Positions 19,546-28,994 are shown, numbered from the stretch's first letter. The stretch: DNA of 64,000 nucleotides from a virus (IMGVR_UViG_3300029305_002470:22517-86516); one strand, 5' to 3'. A program made the numbers and translations. The notes: generated by a model not told the origin, from the sequence alone.

Positions 19546-19857
19546 ATGAGTGACAGATTGTTAAAGGAATCAGATGTATTAAAAGCAATTGATAAAAGAG
19601 TTGAAGAACTGTCAAAAGACCCTGTATTTATACGTAAGAACGGAATCATAGATATTATGGGAGTCAAGAAATACATTTTAGCTATTCCATCTGTAGAAAG
19701 ACCGAAAGGTAAGTGGATAGACAGAGGCGAGTATGCAGAGTGTTCAATATGCGGAGCGCATAGCGGAACGCAGTTTAATGGTGTTGAACCTATTCCATTA
19801 AAGACAAACTTCTGTCCTAATTGCGGTGCTGATATGAGAGATAAAAACGATGAATAG
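19546..19857 (+). CDS. Zn-ribbon hypothetical phage protein
   Basis: CSICG...FCPNCGADM. Confidence 0.7.
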   Translation: MSDRLLKESDVLKAIDKRVEELSKDPVFIRKNGIIDIMGVKKYILAIPSVERPKGKWIDRGEYAECSICGAHSGTQFNGVEPIPLKTNFCPNCGADMRDKNDE

Positions 19858-20080
19858 ATATATAGATGCGAATAAAATTGATATAAGAGCAAGAGAAGGA
19901 TATAACCATGATGGCGTATTATATTTACCTTATCGTGATATCAGAAAATCACTTGATTCTGCACCAAGTATAGATATAGTATTTTGTCGAGAGTGTAAGT
20001 ATAGGAATAATCGAGAAAAATGTTCTATGCGAGTATTTACAGGTGACAATGATTTTTGTTCATATGGAGACAAGAAATGA
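19850..20080 (+). CDS. Hypothetical phage protein
   Basis: RYIDA...APSID-VFCRECKY...DFCSYG. Confidence 0.65.
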   Translation: MNRYIDANKIDIRAREGYNHDGVLYLPYRDIRKSLDSAPSIDIVFCRECKYRNNREKCSMRVFTGDNDFCSYGDKK

Positions 20081-20244
20081 TAAATGATATAGTATGTTAT
20101 GCAAATAAATGTAAATATAATGATAATACAAAAAATGAATGTATGAAAGAAATTATTTGTATTAAACCTAACATAGATGATGCAGAACCTGCTTATTGTG
20201 ATAATTATATTGACCCATTTTACGAGGATGAATATGATGAATAA
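20077..20244 (+). CDS. Cys-rich hypothetical protein
   Basis: ORF overlapping its neighbours. Confidence 0.5.
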   Translation: MINDIVCYANKCKYNDNTKNECMKEIICIKPNIDDAEPAYCDNYIDPFYEDEYDE

Positions 20245-20575
20245 TAAAATAAGAAAAGATTGTTTTTGGTATAGACCGTGGCAAGATATGTCGGCAACAT
20301 TTCATCAATGTCATTTAAAAGATACTGCTGAAGAATGTGATGGTACATGTGATAATTTTATACATAAAGATGTAGTTGATAGATTAATATATAAAGTTAT
20401 ACAAACACCATTTCATAATCGGCATACCGCTGAATGGATAGATTATTATAATAATTTTAAATGTACTCATTGTGGTTTTGAATTAGATGGAGAATTTCCT
20501 TATTTTGAAATGGACTTGCCAAATTATATGCCTGCATATTGTCCTAAGTGTGGATTTCCAATGTATAAAGAATAA
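20234..20575 (+). CDS. Zn-ribbon hypothetical protein
   Basis: GAGG RBS, CTHCG and YCPKCG. Confidence 0.65.
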   Translation: MMNNKIRKDCFWYRPWQDMSATFHQCHLKDTAEECDGTCDNFIHKDVVDRLIYKVIQTPFHNRHTAEWIDYYNNFKCTHCGFELDGEFPYFEMDLPNYMPAYCPKCGFPMYKE

Positions 20576-20585
20576 AATAAAAAAC

Positions 20586-20614
20586 TTGATTTTACATATA
20601 AAATATAGTATAAT
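20586..20614 (+). promoter_or_regulatory. sigma-A promoter
   Basis: TTGATT-N17-TATAAT. Confidence 0.65.
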
Positions 20615-20629
20615 ATATGAGAGGTTAAA

Positions 20630-20800
20630 ATGAACCCAGCGATATTTATAATTGTTATTCTCATTGCTATTGGAATTTGGTTTGTATTGGCACGTAAAAA
20701 TATTTTTATACAAACCGAAAACTTTATAGATGAAAGTATAAATATGGGAATACATGATAAAGAAATTACAGATGTAGATTTTGAGACAAAGGAGTATTAA
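20630..20800 (+). CDS. Small membrane protein upstream of SPFH gene (56 aa, not in ORF track)
   Basis: GAGAGG RBS, N-terminal transmembrane helix. Confidence 0.55.
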   Translation: MNPAIFIIVILIAIGIWFVLARKNIFIQTENFIDESINMGIHDKEITDVDFETKEY

Positions 20801-21646
20801 ATGAGAAAAGGTATAACAGGAGCGGTAGTTGCAGGTGGAGCAATTATACTTGCAATTATTCTATTGATTATGTGTTCGGTAAGAGTGCCAGCAGGTTATG
20901 TAGCAGTGCAATATAGTCTTAACGGTGGTGTAAAAGATAAGGTTCTTACACAAGGTTGGCATATGATTCCACCAACAGTACATGCTACAAAATATACTGT
21001 AGGTATTGAACAGTCATATCTTACTAAAGATGACCGTGGTGATAGCGAAGATGATGAAAGTTATTCGGCTTCTTCAGCAGAAGGTAAGGCTCTCGATATT
21101 GAATTGACTTATACATATCAGTATCAACCAGAAAATGTTACTGCTGTATTTACTCGTTTTAAGGGACAGAGTGGCAAAGAAGTAAAAGAGTCATTTATTA
21201 AGCCTAATATTATTTCATGGTCAAAAGAAGTTATTGCAAGATATAATGTAGCTGATATTCTTGGTGCTGAAAAGGCGAATGTAAATAAGGATATCACAGA
21301 ATATGTTGCTAAGAAATTTGAGCCATATGGTATTACTATTAGTAATGTATCACTTATTAATGTAGGTGTTGATAAGAAAACTAAAGAAGTTATCAATGAT
21401 AAAATTGCCGCACAGCAGAAAGCTGAAACACAAAAGATTGAAAATCAAACAAAAGTAGATAAGGCAAAAGCCGATGCAGAAGCAAGATTAATTGAAGCTA
21501 AAGCTGAAGCTGAAGCAAATGAACTTTTGCAGAAATCACTTTCTGATAAGGTACTTAAACAGCAGTATCTTGAAAAGTGGGATGGAGTGCTTCCAAAAGT
21601 TAGTTCAGATAGTTCAATGATATATGATATCGGAGATGTCGAATAA
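20801..21646 (+). CDS. SPFH / prohibitin (band 7) family protein
   Basis: N-terminal TM helix, V-AGYVAV, AEA-rich coiled coil, Y-EKWDG-LP. Confidence 0.9.
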   Translation: MRKGITGAVVAGGAIILAIILLIMCSVRVPAGYVAVQYSLNGGVKDKVLTQGWHMIPPTVHATKYTVGIEQSYLTKDDRGDSEDDESYSASSAEGKALDIELTYTYQYQPENVTAVFTRFKGQSGKEVKESFIKPNIISWSKEVIARYNVADILGAEKANVNKDITEYVAKKFEPYGITISNVSLINVGVDKKTKEVINDKIAAQQKAETQKIENQTKVDKAKADAEARLIEAKAEAEANELLQKSLSDKVLKQQYLEKWDGVLPKVSSDSSMIYDIGDVE

Positions 21647-21671
21647 AATATAAAGGTAGGACTCATAGAAT

Positions 21672-21866
21672 ATGAAGAATAATAAAACAGAAGTTTCATA
21701 TCATGGAGCAGGGTTTGCTGAATTGTTATGTTTAGCATTCATAGTGCTTAAATTAACACATGTGATTAATTGGTCATGGTGGGCTGTAACTGCTCCAATA
21801 TGGATACAATTTATTTTAATTATAATTACTTTAATTTTTTATGCATTTGTAAAATATATTCTTTAA
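21672..21866 (+). CDS. Small membrane protein
   Basis: LKLT-VI-WSWW-V--PIWI motif common in phages. Confidence 0.7.
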   Translation: MKNNKTEVSYHGAGFAELLCLAFIVLKLTHVINWSWWAVTAPIWIQFILIIITLIFYAFVKYIL

Positions 21867-21953
21867 TTAAAATAAAAAATAAATAATTTATTTTAATTAA
21901 TTTTAATTTAAAATTAATTATTTTTTATTAAAAAATATTAAAAGGAAAAATAT

Positions 21954-22529
21954 ATGATACCAACATTATATGATAAATTTAAACCATGGTCTGCTAATGG
22001 CAGTATATATATAATATCAGATACACATTTCGAAGATGTTGATTGCAAGTTAATGGATAGTAATTGGATATCACCACAAGAACATATAGATAATATAAAA
22101 AAATATGTACATAAAAATGATACTCTTATTCATCTTGGAGATGTAGGCGACCCAAAATGGTTGAATCAAATAAAAGCGTATAAGGTTTTAATTATGGGCA
22201 ACCATGACCAAAGTGCCACAAAGTTTAAATCATACTTTGATGAAATATATACTGGCCCACTTTTTATAGCAGAAAAGATTTTACTTTCTCACGAATCAAT
22301 AATTAATGGGTCTGCATGGTTTAACATACATGGACATGACCATAATAAATTATCGTATACTGAATGGCGAACTAACCAAGGTTTTACAGAATCGTGGAAC
22401 GAATTAAATCTTGCCGCCAATGTTGTAGACTATCAAGTATATAATTTAGGCAATGGTATTAAAAATGGTTTATTGTCATATGTAGATGGTGTTCATAGAT
22501 TGACGATAGATAAAGCAAGTAAAAAGTAA
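21954..22529 (+). CDS. Metallophosphoesterase
   Basis: SDTH, GDVG, GNHD, LSHE, HGHDH. Confidence 0.85.
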   Translation: MIPTLYDKFKPWSANGSIYIISDTHFEDVDCKLMDSNWISPQEHIDNIKKYVHKNDTLIHLGDVGDPKWLNQIKAYKVLIMGNHDQSATKFKSYFDEIYTGPLFIAEKILLSHESIINGSAWFNIHGHDHNKLSYTEWRTNQGFTESWNELNLAANVVDYQVYNLGNGIKNGLLSYVDGVHRLTIDKASKK

Positions 22530-22628
22530 AACGCAATATATTACTGTTTAATGTTTACTATTATAGACAAAAATATATATAATGCTTATAATAGTAAACT
22601 TCTTTATATCATATGATAAGGAGAAGTT

Positions 22629-22901
22629 ATGGATTTTAAATTTACGGATAATTTTGAAGGAACACTTGAATTAACAAAAGACTCTTATAATAATTTGTTA
22701 GAGATTTTTAATTTGCCAAAAGAGGATAATGAAATGAAAAATATGATAACCGTATATGATATATATGATATAGATAATCATGAAAAAATTCTTAGAGTTT
22801 ATACTGAAGTTGCACTTGCAATAGTAGTTGTAGTATTAGCTCAGGAAATGTTTAATATGCAGATACAGCCAGTTTTAATTAAGGCAGAAGAATGTGAATA
22901 A
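22629..22901 (+). CDS. Hypothetical protein
   Basis: AAGGAG RBS. Confidence 0.5.
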   Translation: MDFKFTDNFEGTLELTKDSYNNLLEIFNLPKEDNEMKNMITVYDIYDIDNHEKILRVYTEVALAIVVVVLAQEMFNMQIQPVLIKAEECE

Positions 22902-22906
22902 ATAAA

Positions 22907-23662
22907 ATGATACAATTATATAATGATGATTGTTTTAACATATTTAAATCTATAGAAGATAATTCTATAGATTTAATATTATGTGATTTGCCATATGGAT
23001 TAAGTCGCACAAAAAAGATATGGGATTGTGCGTTACCATTAGATAAATTGTGGCAAGAATATAATCGTATTATTAAATCACAAGGTAATATAGTTTTATT
23101 TAGTAGTGGGTTGTTTACTATTGATTTAATTAACAGCAATCGTAAACAATATAAATATAAACTTATATGGAAAAAGAATACTGCAAGCGGTATGGGACTT
23201 GCTAAATATCGTCCTATGAATTATTACGAAGAGATATGTGTATTTAATAATACTAATGCTACATATAATCCTCAGATGAAACTAAGAGAAAACAAAGCTA
23301 AACATTCATATAAATACAATCATTCATGCCGTAATAGTAATCATGTTAATTTTAAAGATAAAGAATATAAATATAATCCAGATTGGGTACAGCCAAGTAA
23401 TGTTTTAGAATTTAATACTGTACCTAATCGTAATGGTAAATTGCATCCAACACAAAAACCAGTAGATTTATGTGAATGGTTAATTAAAACATATAGTAAT
23501 GAAAATGATATTGTATTGGATAATTGTATGGGCAGTGGGACTACTGGTGTGGCATGTATAAATACTAATAGAAATTTTATTGGTATTGAAATAGATGATG
23601 GTTATTTTAATATAGCGGAGCAAAGAATAAATGAAAAAACGAATAGACCCAATAATGGTTAA
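22907..23662 (+). CDS. DNA methyltransferase (beta class, N6A/N4C)
   Basis: CDLPYG, HPTQKP, DNCMGSGTTG. Confidence 0.9.
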   Translation: MIQLYNDDCFNIFKSIEDNSIDLILCDLPYGLSRTKKIWDCALPLDKLWQEYNRIIKSQGNIVLFSSGLFTIDLINSNRKQYKYKLIWKKNTASGMGLAKYRPMNYYEEICVFNNTNATYNPQMKLRENKAKHSYKYNHSCRNSNHVNFKDKEYKYNPDWVQPSNVLEFNTVPNRNGKLHPTQKPVDLCEWLIKTYSNENDIVLDNCMGSGTTGVACINTNRNFIGIEIDDGYFNIAEQRINEKTNRPNNG

Positions 23663-23813
23663 GGAAGCTATAAATAATAAACAACTTCGTGTATGGTGGA
23701 TGGAAGACCCACATACACATCATAAAAAAGTATATCTATCTGATGTAATAGAAAATAGAGAACCTTTTGTTCAAGAATTAGGCGATACGGTATTTCTAAT
23801 TGAAACGCCATAA
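23631..23813 (+). CDS. Hypothetical protein
   Basis: 60 aa ORF overlapping the methyltransferase end. Confidence 0.5.
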   Translation: MKKRIDPIMVKEAINNKQLRVWWMEDPHTHHKKVYLSDVIENREPFVQELGDTVFLIETP

Positions 23814-23874
23814 AAATGCAATATATTATAAGTTATTGCAATGTTATTGAACCTTTAGATATATATGTAGAACA

Positions 23875-24144
23875 ATGAGAACTAAAGCAGAACGTAGACA
23901 TAATGATTGGCATAAGGCTATTAGAAAGCAAGAGTTGTATAGATGTTTTATGAGTTGTTGCAGAACTAATAATAATTTATACGATAATCTTCATCAATAT
24001 TCAAAAAATAAAATACATGTTTCTGATGCACATGGCGGCAAGAAAACTAATAATCGTGGTAGAAAAAAATATTATGGACAAGGGTGCAAACTTTGGAAAG
24101 CATCTGATTTAAGAAAAGTCGTAGGATTAATGGAGCAGTTATAA
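23875..24144 (+). CDS. Basic hypothetical protein
   Basis: 89 aa ORF, co-directional. Confidence 0.55.
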   Translation: MRTKAERRHNDWHKAIRKQELYRCFMSCCRTNNNLYDNLHQYSKNKIHVSDAHGGKKTNNRGRKKYYGQGCKLWKASDLRKVVGLMEQL

Positions 24145-24903
24145 ATGAATTATTTTGGTAGCAAAAGTAGACAAGCTAAATATATTGTACCTATTATACA
24201 AAAGTATATAGATGATAATGGTGTTAGTATGTATTTAGAGCCATTTGTAGGTGGAGCAAATATTATAGATAAAATAGTTTGTGATAATAAAATTGGCACA
24301 GATATAAATAAATATATTATAGCATTATTTAACTATATACAAAATGGTGGACGATTAAAAGATTCTTATACAAAAGATATATATGATAAAGCTCGTAAAG
24401 CTTGGCACAATAATAATAAAGATAAAGAATTTGAAGATTGGGAAATAGGTGCTATAGGTTGGCTGTGCAGTTATAATGGTCGTGGGTTTGATGGTGGATG
24501 GGGATATGAAGCTATGCAAACTAAGCCAAATGGAAAGACTGTACATAGGAAGTTTTATGAAGAGCGCAAAAATAATTTACTAAAACAAGCACAATCTCTA
24601 TTATGGCAGGATATTAAGTTTGAATGTTTAGATTATAGAGAACATTATCTAGTTAACTGTGTAATATATTGTGACCCACCCTATAAAGGGACAAAACAAT
24701 TTGCCAATTCTGTTAAGTTTGACCATGAAGAATTTTGGGATATTATGAGGGATTGGAGTAAAAGAAATATAGTTCTTATTTCTGAGCAAGAAGCACCAGA
24801 TGATTTTGTTTGTATTTGGGAAAAAGAGGTAGCAAGAACTATTATACCAAAAGCAATACCGAAGTCAACTGAAAAATTATTTATATATAAGGATAATATA
24901 TGA
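24145..24903 (+). CDS. DNA adenine methyltransferase (Dam/D12-like)
   Basis: NYFGSK, EPFVGGAN, YCDPPY, FDHEEFW, EKLF. Confidence 0.9.
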   Translation: MNYFGSKSRQAKYIVPIIQKYIDDNGVSMYLEPFVGGANIIDKIVCDNKIGTDINKYIIALFNYIQNGGRLKDSYTKDIYDKARKAWHNNNKDKEFEDWEIGAIGWLCSYNGRGFDGGWGYEAMQTKPNGKTVHRKFYEERKNNLLKQAQSLLWQDIKFECLDYREHYLVNCVIYCDPPYKGTKQFANSVKFDHEEFWDIMRDWSKRNIVLISEQEAPDDFVCIWEKEVARTIIPKAIPKSTEKLFIYKDNI

Positions 24904-25574
24904 GAATTATAGATAAGAATACAGATTTTTACGATTATTATCAAAATATATACAAAGATGATACGTTTGTTTTTGACCGCAGAGATTCATTTCTTTTAAC
25001 AAAAGAAATGTTATGCAATTATTTATATATAAATAAGTATTATAGTTGGATATTAAGACAATATAAATATAACCCGTTCTATTTTATGTTATTACAAATA
25101 TGTAATACGTTTTGGTTATTTGTAATTGAAGTAACTGAAATAGATAACTATGATAAAGCAAAGAAATATAATATTGAATTATTATGTCAATGGAAGAATT
25201 ATAATAAATCAAGAAAGCTTTGTGAATTAAGTATTATAGATTTTTATCATTATACAAGAGATGATAAGGATTATATTTATAATAATATAAATACTTTTAT
25301 AACTGCTGTTAATACAAATAATTATAAATTAAAGAAAATAATTGATGAGCAAACTATATATAATGGTAATGAAAAAATTAAAAAACATATTCCATTATTA
25401 AAAGCTTGCGGCATTGCAAACTGTATAGATGCCCATGACGTATATTTGGCATTTGAAGAATATTTCTCTCTTGAAAAATCTTCAACAGAAAGGAGAGAGC
25501 CAATTGGGACAACCGATATAGATAAAATAGAAAGTCATGGGTTTGATAAAAAGATTTCTTTTAGAGGTAAATAA
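24900..25574 (+). CDS. Hypothetical phage protein
   Basis: MRIID---DFYDY start, KIESHGFD---SFR end. Confidence 0.7.
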   Translation: MRIIDKNTDFYDYYQNIYKDDTFVFDRRDSFLLTKEMLCNYLYINKYYSWILRQYKYNPFYFMLLQICNTFWLFVIEVTEIDNYDKAKKYNIELLCQWKNYNKSRKLCELSIIDFYHYTRDDKDYIYNNINTFITAVNTNNYKLKKIIDEQTIYNGNEKIKKHIPLLKACGIANCIDAHDVYLAFEEYFSLEKSSTERREPIGTTDIDKIESHGFDKKISFRGK

Positions 25575-25738
25575 TGAACTGGGGATTTATATCATGTGCA
25601 TTAATAAATATAGCCAATATAGTTTGTTTTACTATATTAGCTATAACATTTAATAAGTGGTGGATAATTTTATTCGCATGTTTATTTCAGGCTTTTTATA
25701 AGCATGGCGATGGTGAAGATGATGAGAAAAAGAAGTAA
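25574..25738 (+). CDS. Small membrane protein (54 aa, not in ORF track)
   Basis: AGAGG RBS, two hydrophobic segments. Confidence 0.5.
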   Translation: MNWGFISCALINIANIVCFTILAITFNKWWIILFACLFQAFYKHGDGEDDEKKK

Positions 25739-25869
25739 ACGTATAAATAAAGAACAGGAATGTCCATTATTTAAATGGTGTCCAAGTCATACTGCTGTAT
25801 GTAGAGTTTGTTTACCAGATGATGGATGTTATTGGTATAGATGGTTTAAGCAATTAATAGAGGAAGATA

Positions 25870-26208
25870 ATGGAAAAATATAAAGCCAAAGGCGTAATCA
25901 ATTTTGTATTTAATGGTTGCGATGTGATAATGCAGGAAAGAGATTTTACTGTTGCTGAAAAGGATTTAGGTTGGGATGAATTTCCTATTTATGATTTGAT
26001 GAGTGGTGAAGAATTTCTGTATGATGTAGATAATGGATTTTTTATTGATTATGATGGTTCTCTTGCAGAAGTATTTGTAGATGGATATCTTTCTAATTTA
26101 GGACTTCAGCATAGAGGCATACGTCAGGGACAGTTTCTTGCTACTAAAGAGTTTTGGGAAAATCTTATGAAGACAAATAAGATAGAAGTAAATTGGGCAA
26201 ATAAATAA
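25870..26208 (+). CDS. Hypothetical protein
   Basis: GAGG RBS. Confidence 0.65.
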   Translation: MEKYKAKGVINFVFNGCDVIMQERDFTVAEKDLGWDEFPIYDLMSGEEFLYDVDNGFFIDYDGSLAEVFVDGYLSNLGLQHRGIRQGQFLATKEFWENLMKTNKIEVNWANK

Positions 26209-26220
26209 GGAAATAGTAAA

Positions 26221-26778
26221 ATGGCAGAAATTAAAAGAACATATGAAAAGCGTAAACAATTGTTTAGCGATATGATGTTGGAATGTGGATTATGTTTAAC
26301 AGATATTGTAGAATTAAGTGACGGATTGGACAGTATAGGATATTTTACAATGCCAGCATCTATTAATCATCATGGCAATTATGAGGGTGGATTGTTTGAC
26401 CATTCTTATGCAGTAGCAGATAATTTAATTAATTTAACAATTAAATTAAATTTACAGTGGGAAAGAAAATGTAGTCCTTATATTGTAGGATTATTTCATG
26501 ATTTATGTAAGTGTCAAAATTATATATATAATATTGAAACAAAACAATGGGAATATAATAATAATATTATTATGACTGGTCATGGCGATTTATCAGTAAT
26601 AATGGCACAACAGTTTTGTATTTTAAATGAAGAAGAAATTACCTGTATACGTTGGCATATGGGTGCATATGATGATAAGGAGAACTGGAATATATTAGGC
26701 AGAGCAATAGAAAAATATCCAAATGTATTATATACGCATACTGCCGATATGATTGCAAGTAGAGTAAATGGCATATAA
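26221..26778 (+). CDS. HD-domain phosphohydrolase
   Basis: PAS---HH---EGGL-DHS, LFHDLCK, GHG, IRWHMG, H-AD. Confidence 0.9.
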   Translation: MAEIKRTYEKRKQLFSDMMLECGLCLTDIVELSDGLDSIGYFTMPASINHHGNYEGGLFDHSYAVADNLINLTIKLNLQWERKCSPYIVGLFHDLCKCQNYIYNIETKQWEYNNNIIMTGHGDLSVIMAQQFCILNEEEITCIRWHMGAYDDKENWNILGRAIEKYPNVLYTHTADMIASRVNGI

Positions 26779-27169
26779 TAAGTCGAGCATTTGGCATAAA
26801 AGGAATATAATTATGTTATGGGAACATTATTATAATGATTTGACATTAGATGATTTTATTAAGTTTTATAAGAAAATACAAGTAGAAGAATCACGTTGGT
26901 ATGGAGTTGTAATGACAAATTATTTATATGAATCATTACAGTCTGAATTGGATTTAATTGTTACGTATTCTTTTGATTATTTGGCTAGTTTGTATGGATT
27001 ACATGTTTTAGTATTTGATGAATATTGTAATGCACATAATATACAATGTGCTGTTGTAGATGAGAATACATATTATGCAATGTGCAAAGGTAAAGAATAT
27101 ACGGAAATAGGAAAGGAAATTTCACAGGTTTTAGATAAGGTACAGGATAAAATAAATGAAAGATTATAG
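26768..27169 (+). CDS. Hypothetical protein
   Basis: ORF, start uncertain. Confidence 0.55.
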   Translation: MAYNKSSIWHKRNIIMLWEHYYNDLTLDDFIKFYKKIQVEESRWYGVVMTNYLYESLQSELDLIVTYSFDYLASLYGLHVLVFDEYCNAHNIQCAVVDENTYYAMCKGKEYTEIGKEISQVLDKVQDKINERL

Positions 27170-27422
27170 AAGTAAGGCAGAACAAGCTATAGAAGGCTTG
27201 ATGTTAATAAAAAGAAATGTTAAAGAAAATAGTCATGAAGATTATTATTTAAATTGTGGCATTAAAGCATTGTCTAAAGATATTCCTGCCAAAGTGGAAA
27301 CACATATAGATTTAAGAAGATTTAGTATAGATAGTTTTTGTCCGATGTGTAATAATATGTTGTGTAATGACCGTGATATTAAATATTGTGAAGCATGTGG
27401 ACAAAGATTATATTGGGAGTAA
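27156..27422 (+). CDS. Zn-ribbon hypothetical protein
   Basis: CPMC...YCEACGQRL-W. Confidence 0.65.
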   Translation: MKDYRSKAEQAIEGLMLIKRNVKENSHEDYYLNCGIKALSKDIPAKVETHIDLRRFSIDSFCPMCNNMLCNDRDIKYCEACGQRLYWE

Positions 27423-27627
27423 TTTAGTGGGCAGATTAAATGATGTAACATTAACAGATGAATATATAGATGCTTATGTTAATGATTATGATTTACAAAA
27501 AATATATTTAGTATTAAGGGATATATCTGAAACATTGGCAATGTTTTATGATAATATATATAATAAAGATGAAGAAACTAATGATAGTAATGTAGATAAT
27601 ATGTTAAAGAATTGGAAGTTTCCATGA
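27367..27627 (+). CDS. Hypothetical protein
   Basis: ORF, true start probably downstream of 27367. Confidence 0.4.
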   Translation: MTVILNIVKHVDKDYIGSNLVGRLNDVTLTDEYIDAYVNDYDLQKIYLVLRDISETLAMFYDNIYNKDEETNDSNVDNMLKNWKFP

Positions 27628-27980
27628 TTAATGGAGAGTTTGAAATGCAGTCAATGATAGATATGAATGAATTTATAAATTATGGAACATGTTATGATGT
27701 AGGAGTAATTTATAAAGATTTTAAATGGGCAAATAAAATATATGATATATTATATAATAAATTAAATGCCGCCATATATACTCATCGCAGAAATAGGTAT
27801 TATATGGATATGACATTATGTGGTGGTATAAGATATAGGTTTTTAAAAGCTGATAATAATTTAGCAGGGTATTATTTTAACAGAGTATTTATACAGGGAA
27901 GTGTATCACAGGATTATATAGATGATTATATTAAGCCAACATTGTATCATCAGAGTGATATAGTTGTCATAGATGATTAG
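27624..27980 (+). CDS. Hypothetical protein
   Basis: Last gene before the non-coding island. Confidence 0.55.
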   Translation: MINGEFEMQSMIDMNEFINYGTCYDVGVIYKDFKWANKIYDILYNKLNAAIYTHRRNRYYMDMTLCGGIRYRFLKADNNLAGYYFNRVFIQGSVSQDYIDDYIKPTLYHQSDIVVIDD

Positions 27981-28774
27981 TGTTTGGATGATATGTTACT
28001 CAGAATTTACATAGTTTTTTAACGTAAATGGCGGTAATTTCAAGAGAAAGATGGATTATGATATAGTTGATTGTTTAAATAAATAAAATGTCTTAAAATC
28101 TTGATAGGTCAATATTTTTAATATGGTAAATGAGAAAAACAGTACAAAACGTACTGTTTTTTTATTGTGCTTGTTTTTAGGACATTGAATGTACGGTTTT
28201 TTACTGAATGTATTGTTTTTGGTGGTAAATGTAAAGTTTGTTTTACGTATGTAAAGTATTCTTTACATGGAATAATAGTTTGGAGATTGTGTGGAAAGAG
28301 GGTAGATTAGATGTGGAAATTTTGTAATATACAGGGATATTTAAATGTTGGAAAAGAGTTGGAATTTTAAGGGGTTGAGGGAATTTAGGTATATAGTTTA
28401 TTGCTGGCTGATTCATGTCTGATGACTGGTTTGGTATGGCTTCGAAGAACTTGAAGTTAGTTATCTCTAACTCGTTTGAAAAATACCCCCTCTTGCATAA
28501 AATTTTTGTGAAAAAACACAAAATAAGGGATAAAAAAATAGTGAAAATGATTATTTTCACTAAAATAATATATCATTTTATCGGTCAACTTGATTTTATC
28601 TTTTGTTCAAAATCACAAAAAATCAGCTTATATTGCACTGTTTTTTGTGTATTTTCACAATATAACGTGTTCTAATATGGCGTTGAATTTTGTGGTAAAA
28701 CACAAAAAAATCCTTAAAATTTGTGTAAAATACACAAAAAATATTGTATACATGTGTACCATGCAAGCGTATAA

Positions 28775-28890
28775 ATACAAGTATACTTGTATACAATAGC
28801 GTGTATACTTGTACACACAACACAACAATGTATACAATCAAGTAAATGTATATATGAATACATTCATCTGTATACTTGTATACATATGTA
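28775..28890. promoter_or_regulatory. GntR-family-like operator cluster (GTATACTTGTA x3, TTGTATACAA)
   Basis: 18-bp palindrome ATACAAGTATACTTGTAT at 28775-28792; GTATACTTGTA at 28781, 28803, 28870. Confidence 0.45.
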
Positions 28891-28904
28891 TATATATTCA
28901 TATA

Positions 28905-28931
28905 TTAGCACTCATTCATTGTGAGTGATAA
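28905..28931. promoter_or_regulatory. CIRCE element 1 (HrcA operator, one mismatch)
   Basis: TTAGCACTC-N9-GAGTGATAA. Confidence 0.85.
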
Positions 28932-28937
28932 CAATAA

Positions 28938-28964
28938 TTAGCACTCGTTTATATTGAGTGCTAA
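28938..28964. promoter_or_regulatory. CIRCE element 2 (perfect)
   Basis: TTAGCACTC-GTTTATATT-GAGTGCTAA. Confidence 0.95.
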
Positions 28965-28967
28965 CTA

Positions 28968-28994
28968 TTAGCACTCGTATTCAGTGAGTGCTAA
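28968..28994. promoter_or_regulatory. CIRCE element 3 (perfect)
   Basis: TTAGCACTC-GTATTCAGT-GAGTGCTAA. Confidence 0.95.

Noticed and set aside
28280-28700. DnaA boxes (TGTGGAAAG, TGTGGAAAT, TGTGGTAAA)
   Set aside because: Each has about two mismatches to TGTGGATAA; not enough to call an origin
28506-28737. Rex or CRP/Fnr assignment for TTGTG-N6-CACAA
   Set aside because: Those boxes have TGTG-N8-CACA spacing; these have N6
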